Part shown: positions 42,694 to 51,288 of the stretch, one piece after another
Layout: every line of letters starts with the position of its first letter
Position numbering within the stretch: position 1 is the first letter of the stretch
Source: Candidatus Kaiserbacteria bacterium RIFOXYD1_FULL_47_14
GTDB lineage: Bacteria; Patescibacteriota; Minisyncoccia; Phycocordibacterales; Phycocordibacteraceae
NCBI GenBank assembly: GCA_001781915.1
Contig: MFMU01000003.1
Location: 1,188-57,968 of the forward strand
Reading direction: 5' to 3'
Length of the DNA stretch: 56,781 bases
Notes under the pieces: generated by a model
Seen by the model: the letters and a program-made list of their open reading frames with translations, nothing else
Database searches by the model: none
What the model was told of the DNA's origin: nothing
Position numbers and translations under genes: made by a program

Positions 42694-42714
42694 TGTGGAC
42701 GCCTGGCGTCCACA
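42694..42714. repeat. REP-like 21-nt palindrome, upstream flank of RAYT-like gene 2
   Basis: TGTGGACGCC-t-GGCGTCCACA. Confidence 0.9.
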
Positions 42715-42740
42715 AAGCGAAGCAATGTTAGGATGAAAAT

Positions 42741-43451
42741 ATGCGAAAAGAGGAATTTGCAACTGGTTCATATGTACATATAGTGAAGCGTGGAATACGC
42801 GGGTTGCCGATTGTTCGTGACGAAATTGACCGATTTCGGTTTTTGCTCATGCTCGCCCATTTCAATGATCAATTCATGTCTCTGAATTGGTATCGTGATT
42901 TAAAAGATGAGAATTTGCATAATTCTCTGCTGCGTCCGTCACACTGGCCGGCGCAAGAACGCCTTGTAAACATTATTGCGTTTTGTCTTGTTGAAAATCA
43001 TTTCCATTTAATTCTACAGGAACTTGCTGAAGGCAACATTGCTCGATTTATGCATCGACTTGGTACTGGAATGGCTAAACGGTTCAATGAACGATACGGC
43101 GAGCATGGTGCGTTATTTCAGGGACCTTATCGTGCAATAACAATTGACGACGACCGTTATTTTCGTTATGTAAGTGCCTATGTGCAAGTAAAAAATGCCA
43201 TTGATATGTATCCCGGCGGAAAGGATATCATTAAAAATGATTTTAATCGCACATACAATTGGATATGTTCTTATCCGTACTCAAGTATTGGGGACTATAC
43301 TGGCGATTTCAATAGAACGATTGTAGATACAACATTTCTTTCCTCATTGTTTACACCTGGCGAATATCGAGAATTTGCAAAAGATGTAATTCTCGGACGC
43401 TATCAACCTGACGACATAGACAAGAAACATCAATCAAAATTCTTTGATTAA
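42741..43451 (+). CDS. IS200/RAYT-like HUH (Y1) transposase, copy 2
   Basis: HUH motif LVENHFHLIL. Tyr-helix SAYVQVKN. Paralog of 36642..37334 (shared ..ARFMHR....K.FN..YGE.G.LF.G.Y.. and MYPGG). Confidence 0.7.
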   Translation: MRKEEFATGSYVHIVKRGIRGLPIVRDEIDRFRFLLMLAHFNDQFMSLNWYRDLKDENLHNSLLRPSHWPAQERLVNIIAFCLVENHFHLILQELAEGNIARFMHRLGTGMAKRFNERYGEHGALFQGPYRAITIDDDRYFRYVSAYVQVKNAIDMYPGGKDIIKNDFNRTYNWICSYPYSSIGDYTGDFNRTIVDTTFLSSLFTPGEYREFAKDVILGRYQPDDIDKKHQSKFFD

Positions 43452-43454
43452 TCC

Positions 43455-43475
43455 TGTGGACGCCAGGCGTCCACA
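43455..43475. repeat. REP-like 21-nt palindrome, downstream flank of RAYT-like gene 2
   Basis: TGTGGACGCC-a-GGCGTCCACA, the exact reverse complement of 42694..42714. Confidence 0.9.
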
Positions 43476-43487
43476 ATTATGATTACA

Positions 43488-44084
43488 TTATTTTGTGTTC
43501 GCAAACTGCGTGGCAAATTCGATACCTTCTACAATGAAAAGGCGCGCGGATTCGACAGCTTTTTTTAGAACTTTTTTAAAAGCGACTTCTTCGCTCGGTT
43601 TCCATTTACCAATAACGAGTTTAATAACTCTTTCTTCACCGATTACTTTCTTCGCTTGATTCTTCTTCCCTATTGCCGAGATGCCGACACGCAAACGCGC
43701 GAAATCCTTCGTTTTTATCGCGCGCATAATGCTCTCCACGCCTTTGTGTCCGCCACTCCCGCGGCCGAATACTATTTTTATAGTACCGAGCGGTAAGTCC
43801 AAGTCATCATGAATAACGAGAAGACCTTTTGCCGCCTTCGACGATTTTACAAACGCACTGACGGCCCTGCCGGAGTTATTCATCATCGTCTCTGGAAGAA
43901 CGAGAGTTACATTTTCCTTTCCTATCGCGCCCTTGCTCACGAGTGCATTGCTTGTTTTATTAAAAACAAACTCATCAAGGCCTTCTTGTTTCGCGAGAAG
44001 CTCGACCACATTCCTGCCAGCATTATGCCGCGTCTTTTCATACTCTTTCAACGGATTCCCCAACCCAACAATAACGAGTGCCAT
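43488..44084 (-). CDS. pth: peptidyl-tRNA hydrolase (start reassigned to MALVIVGLGNP)
   Basis: VGLGNP..Y..TRHNAG N-terminal signature and HDDLDLPLG. Confidence 0.85.
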   Translation of the reverse strand: MALVIVGLGNPLKEYEKTRHNAGRNVVELLAKQEGLDEFVFNKTSNALVSKGAIGKENVTLVLPETMMNNSGRAVSAFVKSSKAAKGLLVIHDDLDLPLGTIKIVFGRGSGGHKGVESIMRAIKTKDFARLRVGISAIGKKNQAKKVIGEERVIKLVIGKWKPSEEVAFKKVLKKAVESARLFIVEGIEFATQFANTK

Positions 44085-44131
44085 ACGCGTATGATAGCAG
44101 AAAACTTGCATCGCGAAAACGCGCGCGTACA

Positions 44132-44728
44132 ATGCACGATATGAAAGATATTGGAAAAGGTTTTCTGAAAGATCTTTTCACGCTCGCGCTCCTTATTGTT
44201 CTCGTGGTCATCCCGATTCGCGTTTTTATTATCTCGCCGTTTGTTGTTGATGGAGAATCGATGCATCCGACATTCGAAAATCTCGATTACCTTATTGTCG
44301 ACGAACTTCTATATCGTTTCAGCGCACCCGCACGCGGTGATGTGATTGTCTTCCGTTATCCGGACAATCCTTCTATCTTCTACATTAAACGCATTATCGG
44401 TCTTCCTGGCGAAACCATCTCCATTAATCATGGTGCGATTACCGTTACAACTACCGCTGGGGAAAATCTCACGCTTACTGAACCATACATAGTGAACGAA
44501 GACGCAACTTACACTAAGAATGTGTCTCTCAACCCAGAAGAATATTTCGTTATGGGCGACAACCGCCCAAAAAGTTCCGATTCGCGCGTCTGGGGTCCTT
44601 TGCCTAAAAAAGACATTATTGGCCGTGTTGATCTGCGGCTTCTGCCGATTTCTCATGGCGGTTTATTCCCAGGTATCGCAACTTATTCGTCAGCAACCTC
44701 AAGTCAAACGACGCCTACAGCACTATGA
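44132..44728 (+). CDS. lepB: signal peptidase I (start uncertain: 44078 or 44132)
   Basis: GESMHPTF (catalytic Ser), GDVIVF, YIKRIIGLPGE (catalytic Lys), GDNRPKSSDSR. Confidence 0.85.
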   Translation: MHDMKDIGKGFLKDLFTLALLIVLVVIPIRVFIISPFVVDGESMHPTFENLDYLIVDELLYRFSAPARGDVIVFRYPDNPSIFYIKRIIGLPGETISINHGAITVTTTAGENLTLTEPYIVNEDATYTKNVSLNPEEYFVMGDNRPKSSDSRVWGPLPKKDIIGRVDLRLLPISHGGLFPGIATYSSATSSQTTPTAL

Positions 44729-45897
44729 TGCGCGGAACCATTCCGGCAGAAGAACTTTTCACGAAATCGTATGCCATAGGCCAGTATTACGGCTTTACGC
44801 CATTATCAACGCTTACTGCTCGGAAACGCGGTACGGCCCGCCAGCCGGCAGATGTAAAATCAAATGTACAAACAGTGTTCAACAATCTCGTACACGACCC
44901 TGTTGCTGATACGGTCATACACTTCTTGAAGCAGTGCCAGAACATCGAATGCGCGCCGACTCCGCAGCAGCCGCTATTTATCTGGCACACCAATATGGCG
45001 CCGGGCCGCCCTGCACAGAAAAAAGTAACCCTGCAATTCCACGCATTTGGTACTGATCGCGCTATTGCAGACACAGTCGTCATTCGTGCAATTCTCGCGC
45101 TCTCTCACGATCTCTTCCATGAAGATCCGATTGTTCGTGTTAATTCTATGGGCGATAAAGAAACTCGCGCGCGCTACGCGCGCGAACTCGGCGTCTTTTT
45201 CAAAAAACGCGCGAACATACTCCCTGAAGAATGTCTGAACTGTGCCAGACGCGATGTACTCGAAGCCGCTGAATTCGCTCTCGCGAACGGATGTGCAGAT
45301 GATTTGCCCGCGCCAACCGAGCATCTCTCGGACGCAAGCCGAAAGCGTTTTGAAGATCTTCTTGAATATCTCGAAATGACAGAAACGCCCTACGAACTTG
45401 CGCGCCATCTTATCAATCGCGGACCGGTCTGGGGCGATATTTGTTTTGAGTTTATAGCCGGCGGACAGCGCGTCGCCTGGGGTTCGCGTTATAGCGACCT
45501 CACGCGCCACTTCTTTCCTAGTGCGCCTTTCAGCGCAACTGGCGCCATGCTTCAGATAGGAAGTGAAGGAGCAATAGTGAATCCTGTTCGGCCAAGGAAA
45601 GCAACTAATACACGACCGCGATTCTCTTTCGTCCATATTGGTAATGAGGCGAAACGGCTCTCGATACGCCTCGCCGAGGATTTCAAACGAGCTCGCATTT
45701 CTCTCACACAGGATATCGGTATAGAATCACTCACCGAACAGCTCCATCTCGCCGAGCGGCGAGAGAGTCCGTATCTCCTTATTATGGGACGCAAAGAAGC
45801 GCTTGAGGGTTCGGCAATTCTGCGCAATCGCCAAACGCAAGAAGAAACCGTCCTCCCGCTCATCGGTCTTATTGATCGCCTCAAAACATTCGTATAG
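44725..45897 (+). CDS. histidyl-tRNA synthetase-like protein with degenerate catalytic motifs (HisS/HisZ family)
   Basis: HisRS-like landmarks: YYGFTPLST, QFHAFGTD, RGPVWGDICFEF, GSRYSDL, and a C-terminal anticodon-binding-like YLLIMGRKEALEGSAILRNRQTQEE. The motif-2 fRYE and RGLDYY consensus residues are not conserved. Confidence 0.55.
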   Translation: MMRGTIPAEELFTKSYAIGQYYGFTPLSTLTARKRGTARQPADVKSNVQTVFNNLVHDPVADTVIHFLKQCQNIECAPTPQQPLFIWHTNMAPGRPAQKKVTLQFHAFGTDRAIADTVVIRAILALSHDLFHEDPIVRVNSMGDKETRARYARELGVFFKKRANILPEECLNCARRDVLEAAEFALANGCADDLPAPTEHLSDASRKRFEDLLEYLEMTETPYELARHLINRGPVWGDICFEFIAGGQRVAWGSRYSDLTRHFFPSAPFSATGAMLQIGSEGAIVNPVRPRKATNTRPRFSFVHIGNEAKRLSIRLAEDFKRARISLTQDIGIESLTEQLHLAERRESPYLLIMGRKEALEGSAILRNRQTQEETVLPLIGLIDRLKTFV

Positions 45898-45933
45898 ACA
45901 ACTATAACCTCAATGTGCTAGAGTTCTTCTACT

Positions 45934-46203
45934 ATGACAGCCGGAACACGAGTTGAAGTCCAAGTCGGAAAGAACGAAAGTTCGACCGCGCTTATTCGCC
46001 GTTTTACGCGCCGCGCGCAGGGGCTCGGACTCGTACGCGAAATACGCGACAACCGCTACTGGCATCGCACGAAGTCGAAGAATGTCGGCCACAAGCGCGC
46101 GCTCATTAATAAGGTTCGCCGCGAGAATTACAACGAGCTCGTAAAGCTTGGGAAGATTGATCCGGCAGCGAAGAAGACGCGCGGGAAGGGCGGCAAGAAA
46201 TAA
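45934..46203 (+). CDS. rpsU: 30S ribosomal protein S21
   Basis: Small, very basic. ALIRRFTRRAQGLGLVREIRDNRYWHRTKS resembles S21. Confidence 0.75.
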   Translation: MTAGTRVEVQVGKNESSTALIRRFTRRAQGLGLVREIRDNRYWHRTKSKNVGHKRALINKVRRENYNELVKLGKIDPAAKKTRGKGGKK

Positions 46204-46664
46204 TGAGTGTCGACATAAAGAACAACACGCGGCGCCGTCTGACGGCGCCGCGAAACGCATTTTCAATACTCGCGAAAGAAGTGCTTCCCCAGTGGGACAT
46301 CTCGCTCGTTTTTGTCGGACCAAAAAAAGCAAAAACACTCAACGAAACATTACGCAACAAGACATACATTCCGAATGTTCTTTCGTATGCAGTTGGCGAC
46401 AAAAACGGCGAAATTTTTATTTGTCTCCACGAAGCCGCGAAACAAGCTCCTGCTTACAATTTGAACCTTACATCTTACACCTTGCTTTTATTTATCCACG
46501 GTTTATTACATCTCAAAGGGTGGGCACATGGTGTTAAGATGGAGAGATGCGAACAAAAACTGTTGGCGCGATTTGTTTGTTCTTATGTCGCGACGAGTAG
46601 CAACCGGAATCGATATCGGCACCTACCAGATAAAAATGGTCGTGGTCGAGGAACTCACAGATAA
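46203..46664 (+). CDS. ybeY: rRNA maturation endoribonuclease YbeY
   Basis: Zinc motif HGLLHLKGWAH. TAATG overlap with rpsU. The 3' tail overlaps ftsA. Confidence 0.75.
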   Translation: MSVDIKNNTRRRLTAPRNAFSILAKEVLPQWDISLVFVGPKKAKTLNETLRNKTYIPNVLSYAVGDKNGEIFICLHEAAKQAPAYNLNLTSYTLLLFIHGLLHLKGWAHGVKMERCEQKLLARFVCSYVATSSNRNRYRHLPDKNGRGRGTHR

Positions 46665-47745
46665 ACGCAGCGGTGCGCGGCAATTGCATATTATTGGTAC
46701 CGGTCTTGCTGAATCAAAGGGCTTGCGGCACGGGTATATCGTCAATAAAGAAGAGGTTTCCATTTGCATTGCAAAAGCGAAGCAGCAAGCAGAGGCGTCT
46801 GCTCGTTTACCGATACGATCCGGATTCCTCGCTATCGGCGGTATCTCGCTCGACGAGGCGCACGCGACCGGCTCGGCGATTATCTCGCGCGCCGACCAAG
46901 AGATAACAGCGCTTGATATTGAGAAAGCTGGAAAGGCGGCGCGCGAAGCGGCGGCGCCTGGTTTTCTTAATCGACATGTGCTCCACAGCATCCCGCTTGA
47001 ATATCGCGTTGATAATACCAAAGTGCTCGGCGATCCGCTCGGTATGAAAGGTGTTCGGCTTGAAGTTGATTATCTTTTCGTTACCTGTCTCGCCCAACAC
47101 GAAGATGCGCTCGCAAAAGCAGTCGAAGACACCAACATTGAAATCATTGACCAAATGGCTTCCCCACTCGCTGGTTCTTATGTCCTCCTTGAGGGCGATC
47201 AAAAGATGAAAGGATGTGTGCTCGCGAATATCGGCTCGGAGACCGTCTCTATCGTTGTTTACGACGAAGGCATTCCCGTATCAGTAAAAGTATTTCCTAT
47301 GGGGTCTGGGCACATTACCGATGATATCGCACTTGGATTCCGTATCTCGCTTGAAGAGGCCGAGCGCGTTAAGCTCGGACGATTGTCAGGACAAATGTAT
47401 CCGCGTAAAAAAGTTGATGACATTATTGCGAGCCGTCTCGCTACGATGTTCGCGCTCATCGATAAACATCTGAAATCGCTCAACCGTCGTGGCCCATTAC
47501 CGGCCGGCATTATTATTTCGGGCGGCGGTGCGGGCATTGGTTCTATCAGCGATATTGCGAAGGGCTCGTTGAAACTGCCTGCGCGCCTCGCCGAGTTCCG
47601 CATTTCTATTGATACAAAAATCCGCGATGCAACATGGGCGGTTGCGTACGGACTCGCACTCTGGGGACTCACAGGCGACACGATTGCCCCGAAAAAAAGT
47701 ATCGCCGCGACATTCGTGAAGTTTTTTCGCCAATTCTTGCCTTGA
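46585..47745 (+). CDS. ftsA: cell division protein FtsA (start reassigned to MSRRVATGIDIG)
   Basis: Actin-fold phosphate-1 motif GIDIGTYQIKMVVVE. GGGAGIGSI near the C-terminus. Confidence 0.85.
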   Translation: MSRRVATGIDIGTYQIKMVVVEELTDKRSGARQLHIIGTGLAESKGLRHGYIVNKEEVSICIAKAKQQAEASARLPIRSGFLAIGGISLDEAHATGSAIISRADQEITALDIEKAGKAAREAAAPGFLNRHVLHSIPLEYRVDNTKVLGDPLGMKGVRLEVDYLFVTCLAQHEDALAKAVEDTNIEIIDQMASPLAGSYVLLEGDQKMKGCVLANIGSETVSIVVYDEGIPVSVKVFPMGSGHITDDIALGFRISLEEAERVKLGRLSGQMYPRKKVDDIIASRLATMFALIDKHLKSLNRRGPLPAGIIISGGGAGIGSISDIAKGSLKLPARLAEFRISIDTKIRDATWAVAYGLALWGLTGDTIAPKKSIAATFVKFFRQFLP

Positions 47746-47849
47746 ACGGTTCAAATACCGACACATGAGCCGTTTAGTAGCTAAATGGCGAATGTCTCTA
47801 TTTCCCGCCATTCTCACAAAATGTGGAATTTATGAGGTAGAATACACGC

Positions 47850-48701
47850 ATGAACCCCTACAAGGATTTTAAGGAAAGATTTAAATTACTGGCGAGTAAA
47901 CATCGACATCTAGTAGTGAATACCTTGTCTAATATCTTTACGATGAGACTAATCGGCAATAAAACTCATGGTGATTTGGCAGAAATAGGCATTGCTGAAT
48001 TTATTAATCAGTTTATGTATGACTTTAAAAGCATACATGTCGGGAAAGATCTCTTCAGAGCGAAAGAACACGAAGAGGATATTGTGATTATTAACGAGGT
48101 CACGAAGTCAGAATTTCCAGTGAGCTTAAAAGCCTATGGAGATGGACCTTTACAACTTTCTACAGATAGCGACCAAAAAATGTTCCCCTACCTTGAAAAA
48201 CAAGGGAAAAATATCACAAGCAAAAAGAAGATGGCAGAAATTTTTGCATCGTCAGCATTTTCTGAATTTAACAACATAAATGTTATGCCGCTTATTTACA
48301 ATGAGAAAAAGAAACAATGCAACATAATGATTTTTGATCACGAGAAAACAATTAAACAAACTGCACGGATTTTGTATATCGGAAATGGAGAAAGTTTCGG
48401 AGGTAAGAAGACTGGCAAATCCAGAATGCACCCAATTTTCATGTTTTTGGATGATAAAAACAACTATATTTGTGAAGTTCGTTATGGTGGAGCATCAGCA
48501 AACGCCCTTCAAAGAGGACTCTGGACACACACAAGAAATGCGATTTCATTTTTTGACAGTCTGACAAATGGTTGGATCGATTATTCTCATAATCACACTT
48601 TAGTAAAGTTATTCAGTCTTGCGTTGAACAGCACTGAAGAGGGTCATAAAGAAGCAAATATAATTTTGCAAAAAGATATCGATAGGTTGAAAAAATTATA
48701 A
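47850..48701 (+). CDS. putative type II restriction endonuclease (partner of adjacent methyltransferase)
   Basis: AT-rich 283-aa ORF ending 1 nt before the MTase start. No family recognised. The call rests on context only. Confidence 0.4.
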   Translation: MNPYKDFKERFKLLASKHRHLVVNTLSNIFTMRLIGNKTHGDLAEIGIAEFINQFMYDFKSIHVGKDLFRAKEHEEDIVIINEVTKSEFPVSLKAYGDGPLQLSTDSDQKMFPYLEKQGKNITSKKKMAEIFASSAFSEFNNINVMPLIYNEKKKQCNIMIFDHEKTIKQTARILYIGNGESFGGKKTGKSRMHPIFMFLDDKNNYICEVRYGGASANALQRGLWTHTRNAISFFDSLTNGWIDYSHNHTLVKLFSLALNSTEEGHKEANIILQKDIDRLKKL

Positions 48702-48702
48702 C

Positions 48703-49887
48703 ATGCAGAAGACACTATTCAATGAAAAAGATTTTTCTGATGTAAAAACTCAAGGCATTAAATATGCTGGCTCCAAACTCAAAATAATTCCTTATATTTT
48801 AGAAAGCATTAAAGATCTAGAAATCAAAACGATACTAGACGGATTTAGCGGTTCAACCAGAGTAAGCCAAGCTTTTGCTCAAGCTGGTTACAATGTTGTC
48901 TCTAACGATATTTCCCATTGGTCTGAAGTATGCGCAAAGTGTTTCTTGTTGCATAATAAAGATAAAAAATACTATCAAGATATAATTAATGATCTTAACT
49001 ACCTCAAGGGTCACGATGGATGGTTTACAACTCATTATGGAGGAAACGAGGTGATGGATGAAAAAAGACCATTCCAGATTAAAAATACAAGAAAGCTGGA
49101 CGCAATAAGAGATCGAATTGAGGAATTGAAACTAAATGATATCGATAAATCCGTTATTTTGACGAGCTTGCTTTTTGCACTAGACGCAGTAGATAGCACA
49201 CTAGGACATTTTGTATCATACCTTTCCGAATGGTCTAATCGATCTTACAACAATCTTTTTCTAAAGCTCCCTGAGCTTAAAGAAACAATCGGCAACCATA
49301 AAGTATTCAGAAAAGATATTTTTAAGGTCATCGAGAATAACTCTTTTGATCTTGCTTATTTTGACCCTCCTTATGGCTCCAATAACGAAAAAATGCCGCC
49401 AAGTAGAGTTAGATATTCGTCCTATTATCATATATGGACATCAGTAATTAAGCACGATAAACCAGCACTTTTTGGTAAAGTGAACAGAAGAGAAGATACT
49501 AGAGATTTAGTTTCAGCTTCCATATTTGAGGAGTTCAGAAAAAATAATGATGGAAATTTTATTGCTATGGAAGCAATTAGAACGCTTATTAAAAATACCA
49601 AAGCAAAATACATATTGCTTTCTTATAGTTCCGGAGGAAGGGCAACAAAAAAAGAGCTTGAGACAATCCTTAATGAAACTGGGAAAATTCTAAAAATAAT
49701 TGAAATAGATTATAAGAAAAACATTATGGCTAGTATGTGTTGGACAAATGAGTGGTTAAATTCAAATGATGCACACAAAGAATATCTTTTCTTGATGGAA
49801 AAACTTCCTCAAAGTAATGTCTTTTTCATAGAAAGCACTCTGCAAGGAGAGTTTATTAATAAAGCACTACCAATTCTTACTTCATGA
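48703..49887 (+). CDS. N6-adenine DNA methyltransferase (D12/Dam-like class)
   Basis: N-terminal IKYAGSKLKIIPYI (the xxGxK AdoMet-region motif of D12 MTases) and catalytic FDPPYGS. Confidence 0.75.
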   Translation: MQKTLFNEKDFSDVKTQGIKYAGSKLKIIPYILESIKDLEIKTILDGFSGSTRVSQAFAQAGYNVVSNDISHWSEVCAKCFLLHNKDKKYYQDIINDLNYLKGHDGWFTTHYGGNEVMDEKRPFQIKNTRKLDAIRDRIEELKLNDIDKSVILTSLLFALDAVDSTLGHFVSYLSEWSNRSYNNLFLKLPELKETIGNHKVFRKDIFKVIENNSFDLAYFDPPYGSNNEKMPPSRVRYSSYYHIWTSVIKHDKPALFGKVNRREDTRDLVSASIFEEFRKNNDGNFIAMEAIRTLIKNTKAKYILLSYSSGGRATKKELETILNETGKILKIIEIDYKKNIMASMCWTNEWLNSNDAHKEYLFLMEKLPQSNVFFIESTLQGEFINKALPILTS

Positions 49888-50007
49888 GTGACTTTTTGTT
49901 TTAGCAAGGCATTGAGTAACAGTTTGTATCCTTAGATTGTCAATATTTGCATCTAACCTGCTTCTGTTATCATAGCTGAAGTTCACTATTTATATCTTCT
50001 ATATTTT

Positions 50008-51270
50008 ATGTCAAAACGCATTGAACCAGAGATTGAGACATTCGCACGAATTCGCGTAGTCGGCGTGGGCGGCTCTGGGAAAAATGCGGTCAATCACATG
50101 ATTGATTCTAAGGTCCGCGGCGTTGAGTTCATCGCCGTTAACTCCGATGCGCAGGACCTCCATCGCTCGCTCGCCAAGAGGAAGATACACATCGGCAAGA
50201 ATCTCACGCGCGGACTCGGTACCGGTATGAATCCCGAACTCGGCAGGCGCGCCGCAGAAGAAACACGACAGGAGATTCAAGAAGCTCTCTCTGGAAGCGA
50301 TATGGTGTTCATCACCTGCGGTATGGGCGGAGGAACCGGCACAGGAGCCGCCGGCGTCATCGCGAAGATAGCGAAAGAAGTCGGCGCGCTCGTTATCGCC
50401 GTCGTAACAAAACCATTTTCTTTTGAAGGAGCACAACGAAAAGATATCGCAGAGAATGGCCTCGCCGAATTGAAAAAAGAAGTCGATGCCTACATCGTCA
50501 TTCCGAATGACAAACTACTCGCTATTGTTGATAAAAACACTTCGGCAAAGAACGCTTTCGCTCTCTGCGATGAAATCTTGCGCCAAGCAGTCGAAGGCGT
50601 TTCCGATATCATTACGACACCTGGCGATATCAATACCGATTTCAATGATATTAAAGCGATTATGGAAGGCGCCGGCCCAGCACTTATGGGTATCGGCATC
50701 GCTGATGGTGATGACCGAGCGCGAGAGGCGGCTAATCAGGCAGTCAATTCCCCACTTCTTGATGTCTCGATCAGTGGTGCTAAAGGCATTCTCTTCGTCG
50801 TTGCTGGTTCTGACGATCTCGGCATTATGGAGGTGCAGGAGGCCGCGAAGGTCATTAGCGAATCCGTCGACAAGAGCGCGAAGATTATCTTCGGTATTAT
50901 GCATGACGATAAGCTTAAAAAAGGACAAATTCGTATTATTGTCATAGCGACCGGCTTCCCTGAGAGCCCCGCGAGTGTGTCGCATTCCGCACTCGAACGC
51001 TCGCTTTTCTCACTACCTGCAGAACGGCACGAAGAAGAACGCGGCCGCATTTATCATGAAATCCTAAAACGCGAAGAAAAAAAAGATGGAAAGATGGAAA
51101 ATACGCAAAAAAAAGCTGACCTTGATCTTAGCGAATCCGTCATAGATGGAAAGGATAATGAGCCAATCGTGACTGCATTGCCCCATAAACACGAAGATAT
51201 TCCAATTGTTCCTGAAGACGATAATGCATGGGGTGCAATTCCCTCATTCTTGCGCAGACACAAGAAATAA
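50008..51270 (+). CDS. ftsZ: cell division protein FtsZ
   Basis: GVGGSGKNAVNHM, tubulin signature GMGGGTGTGAAGVIA and a C-terminal conserved tail (IPSFLRR). Confidence 0.95.
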   Translation: MSKRIEPEIETFARIRVVGVGGSGKNAVNHMIDSKVRGVEFIAVNSDAQDLHRSLAKRKIHIGKNLTRGLGTGMNPELGRRAAEETRQEIQEALSGSDMVFITCGMGGGTGTGAAGVIAKIAKEVGALVIAVVTKPFSFEGAQRKDIAENGLAELKKEVDAYIVIPNDKLLAIVDKNTSAKNAFALCDEILRQAVEGVSDIITTPGDINTDFNDIKAIMEGAGPALMGIGIADGDDRAREAANQAVNSPLLDVSISGAKGILFVVAGSDDLGIMEVQEAAKVISESVDKSAKIIFGIMHDDKLKKGQIRIIVIATGFPESPASVSHSALERSLFSLPAERHEEERGRIYHEILKREEKKDGKMENTQKKADLDLSESVIDGKDNEPIVTALPHKHEDIPIVPEDDNAWGAIPSFLRRHKK

Positions 51271-51288
51271 AGTGATAAGATAGAGGTT

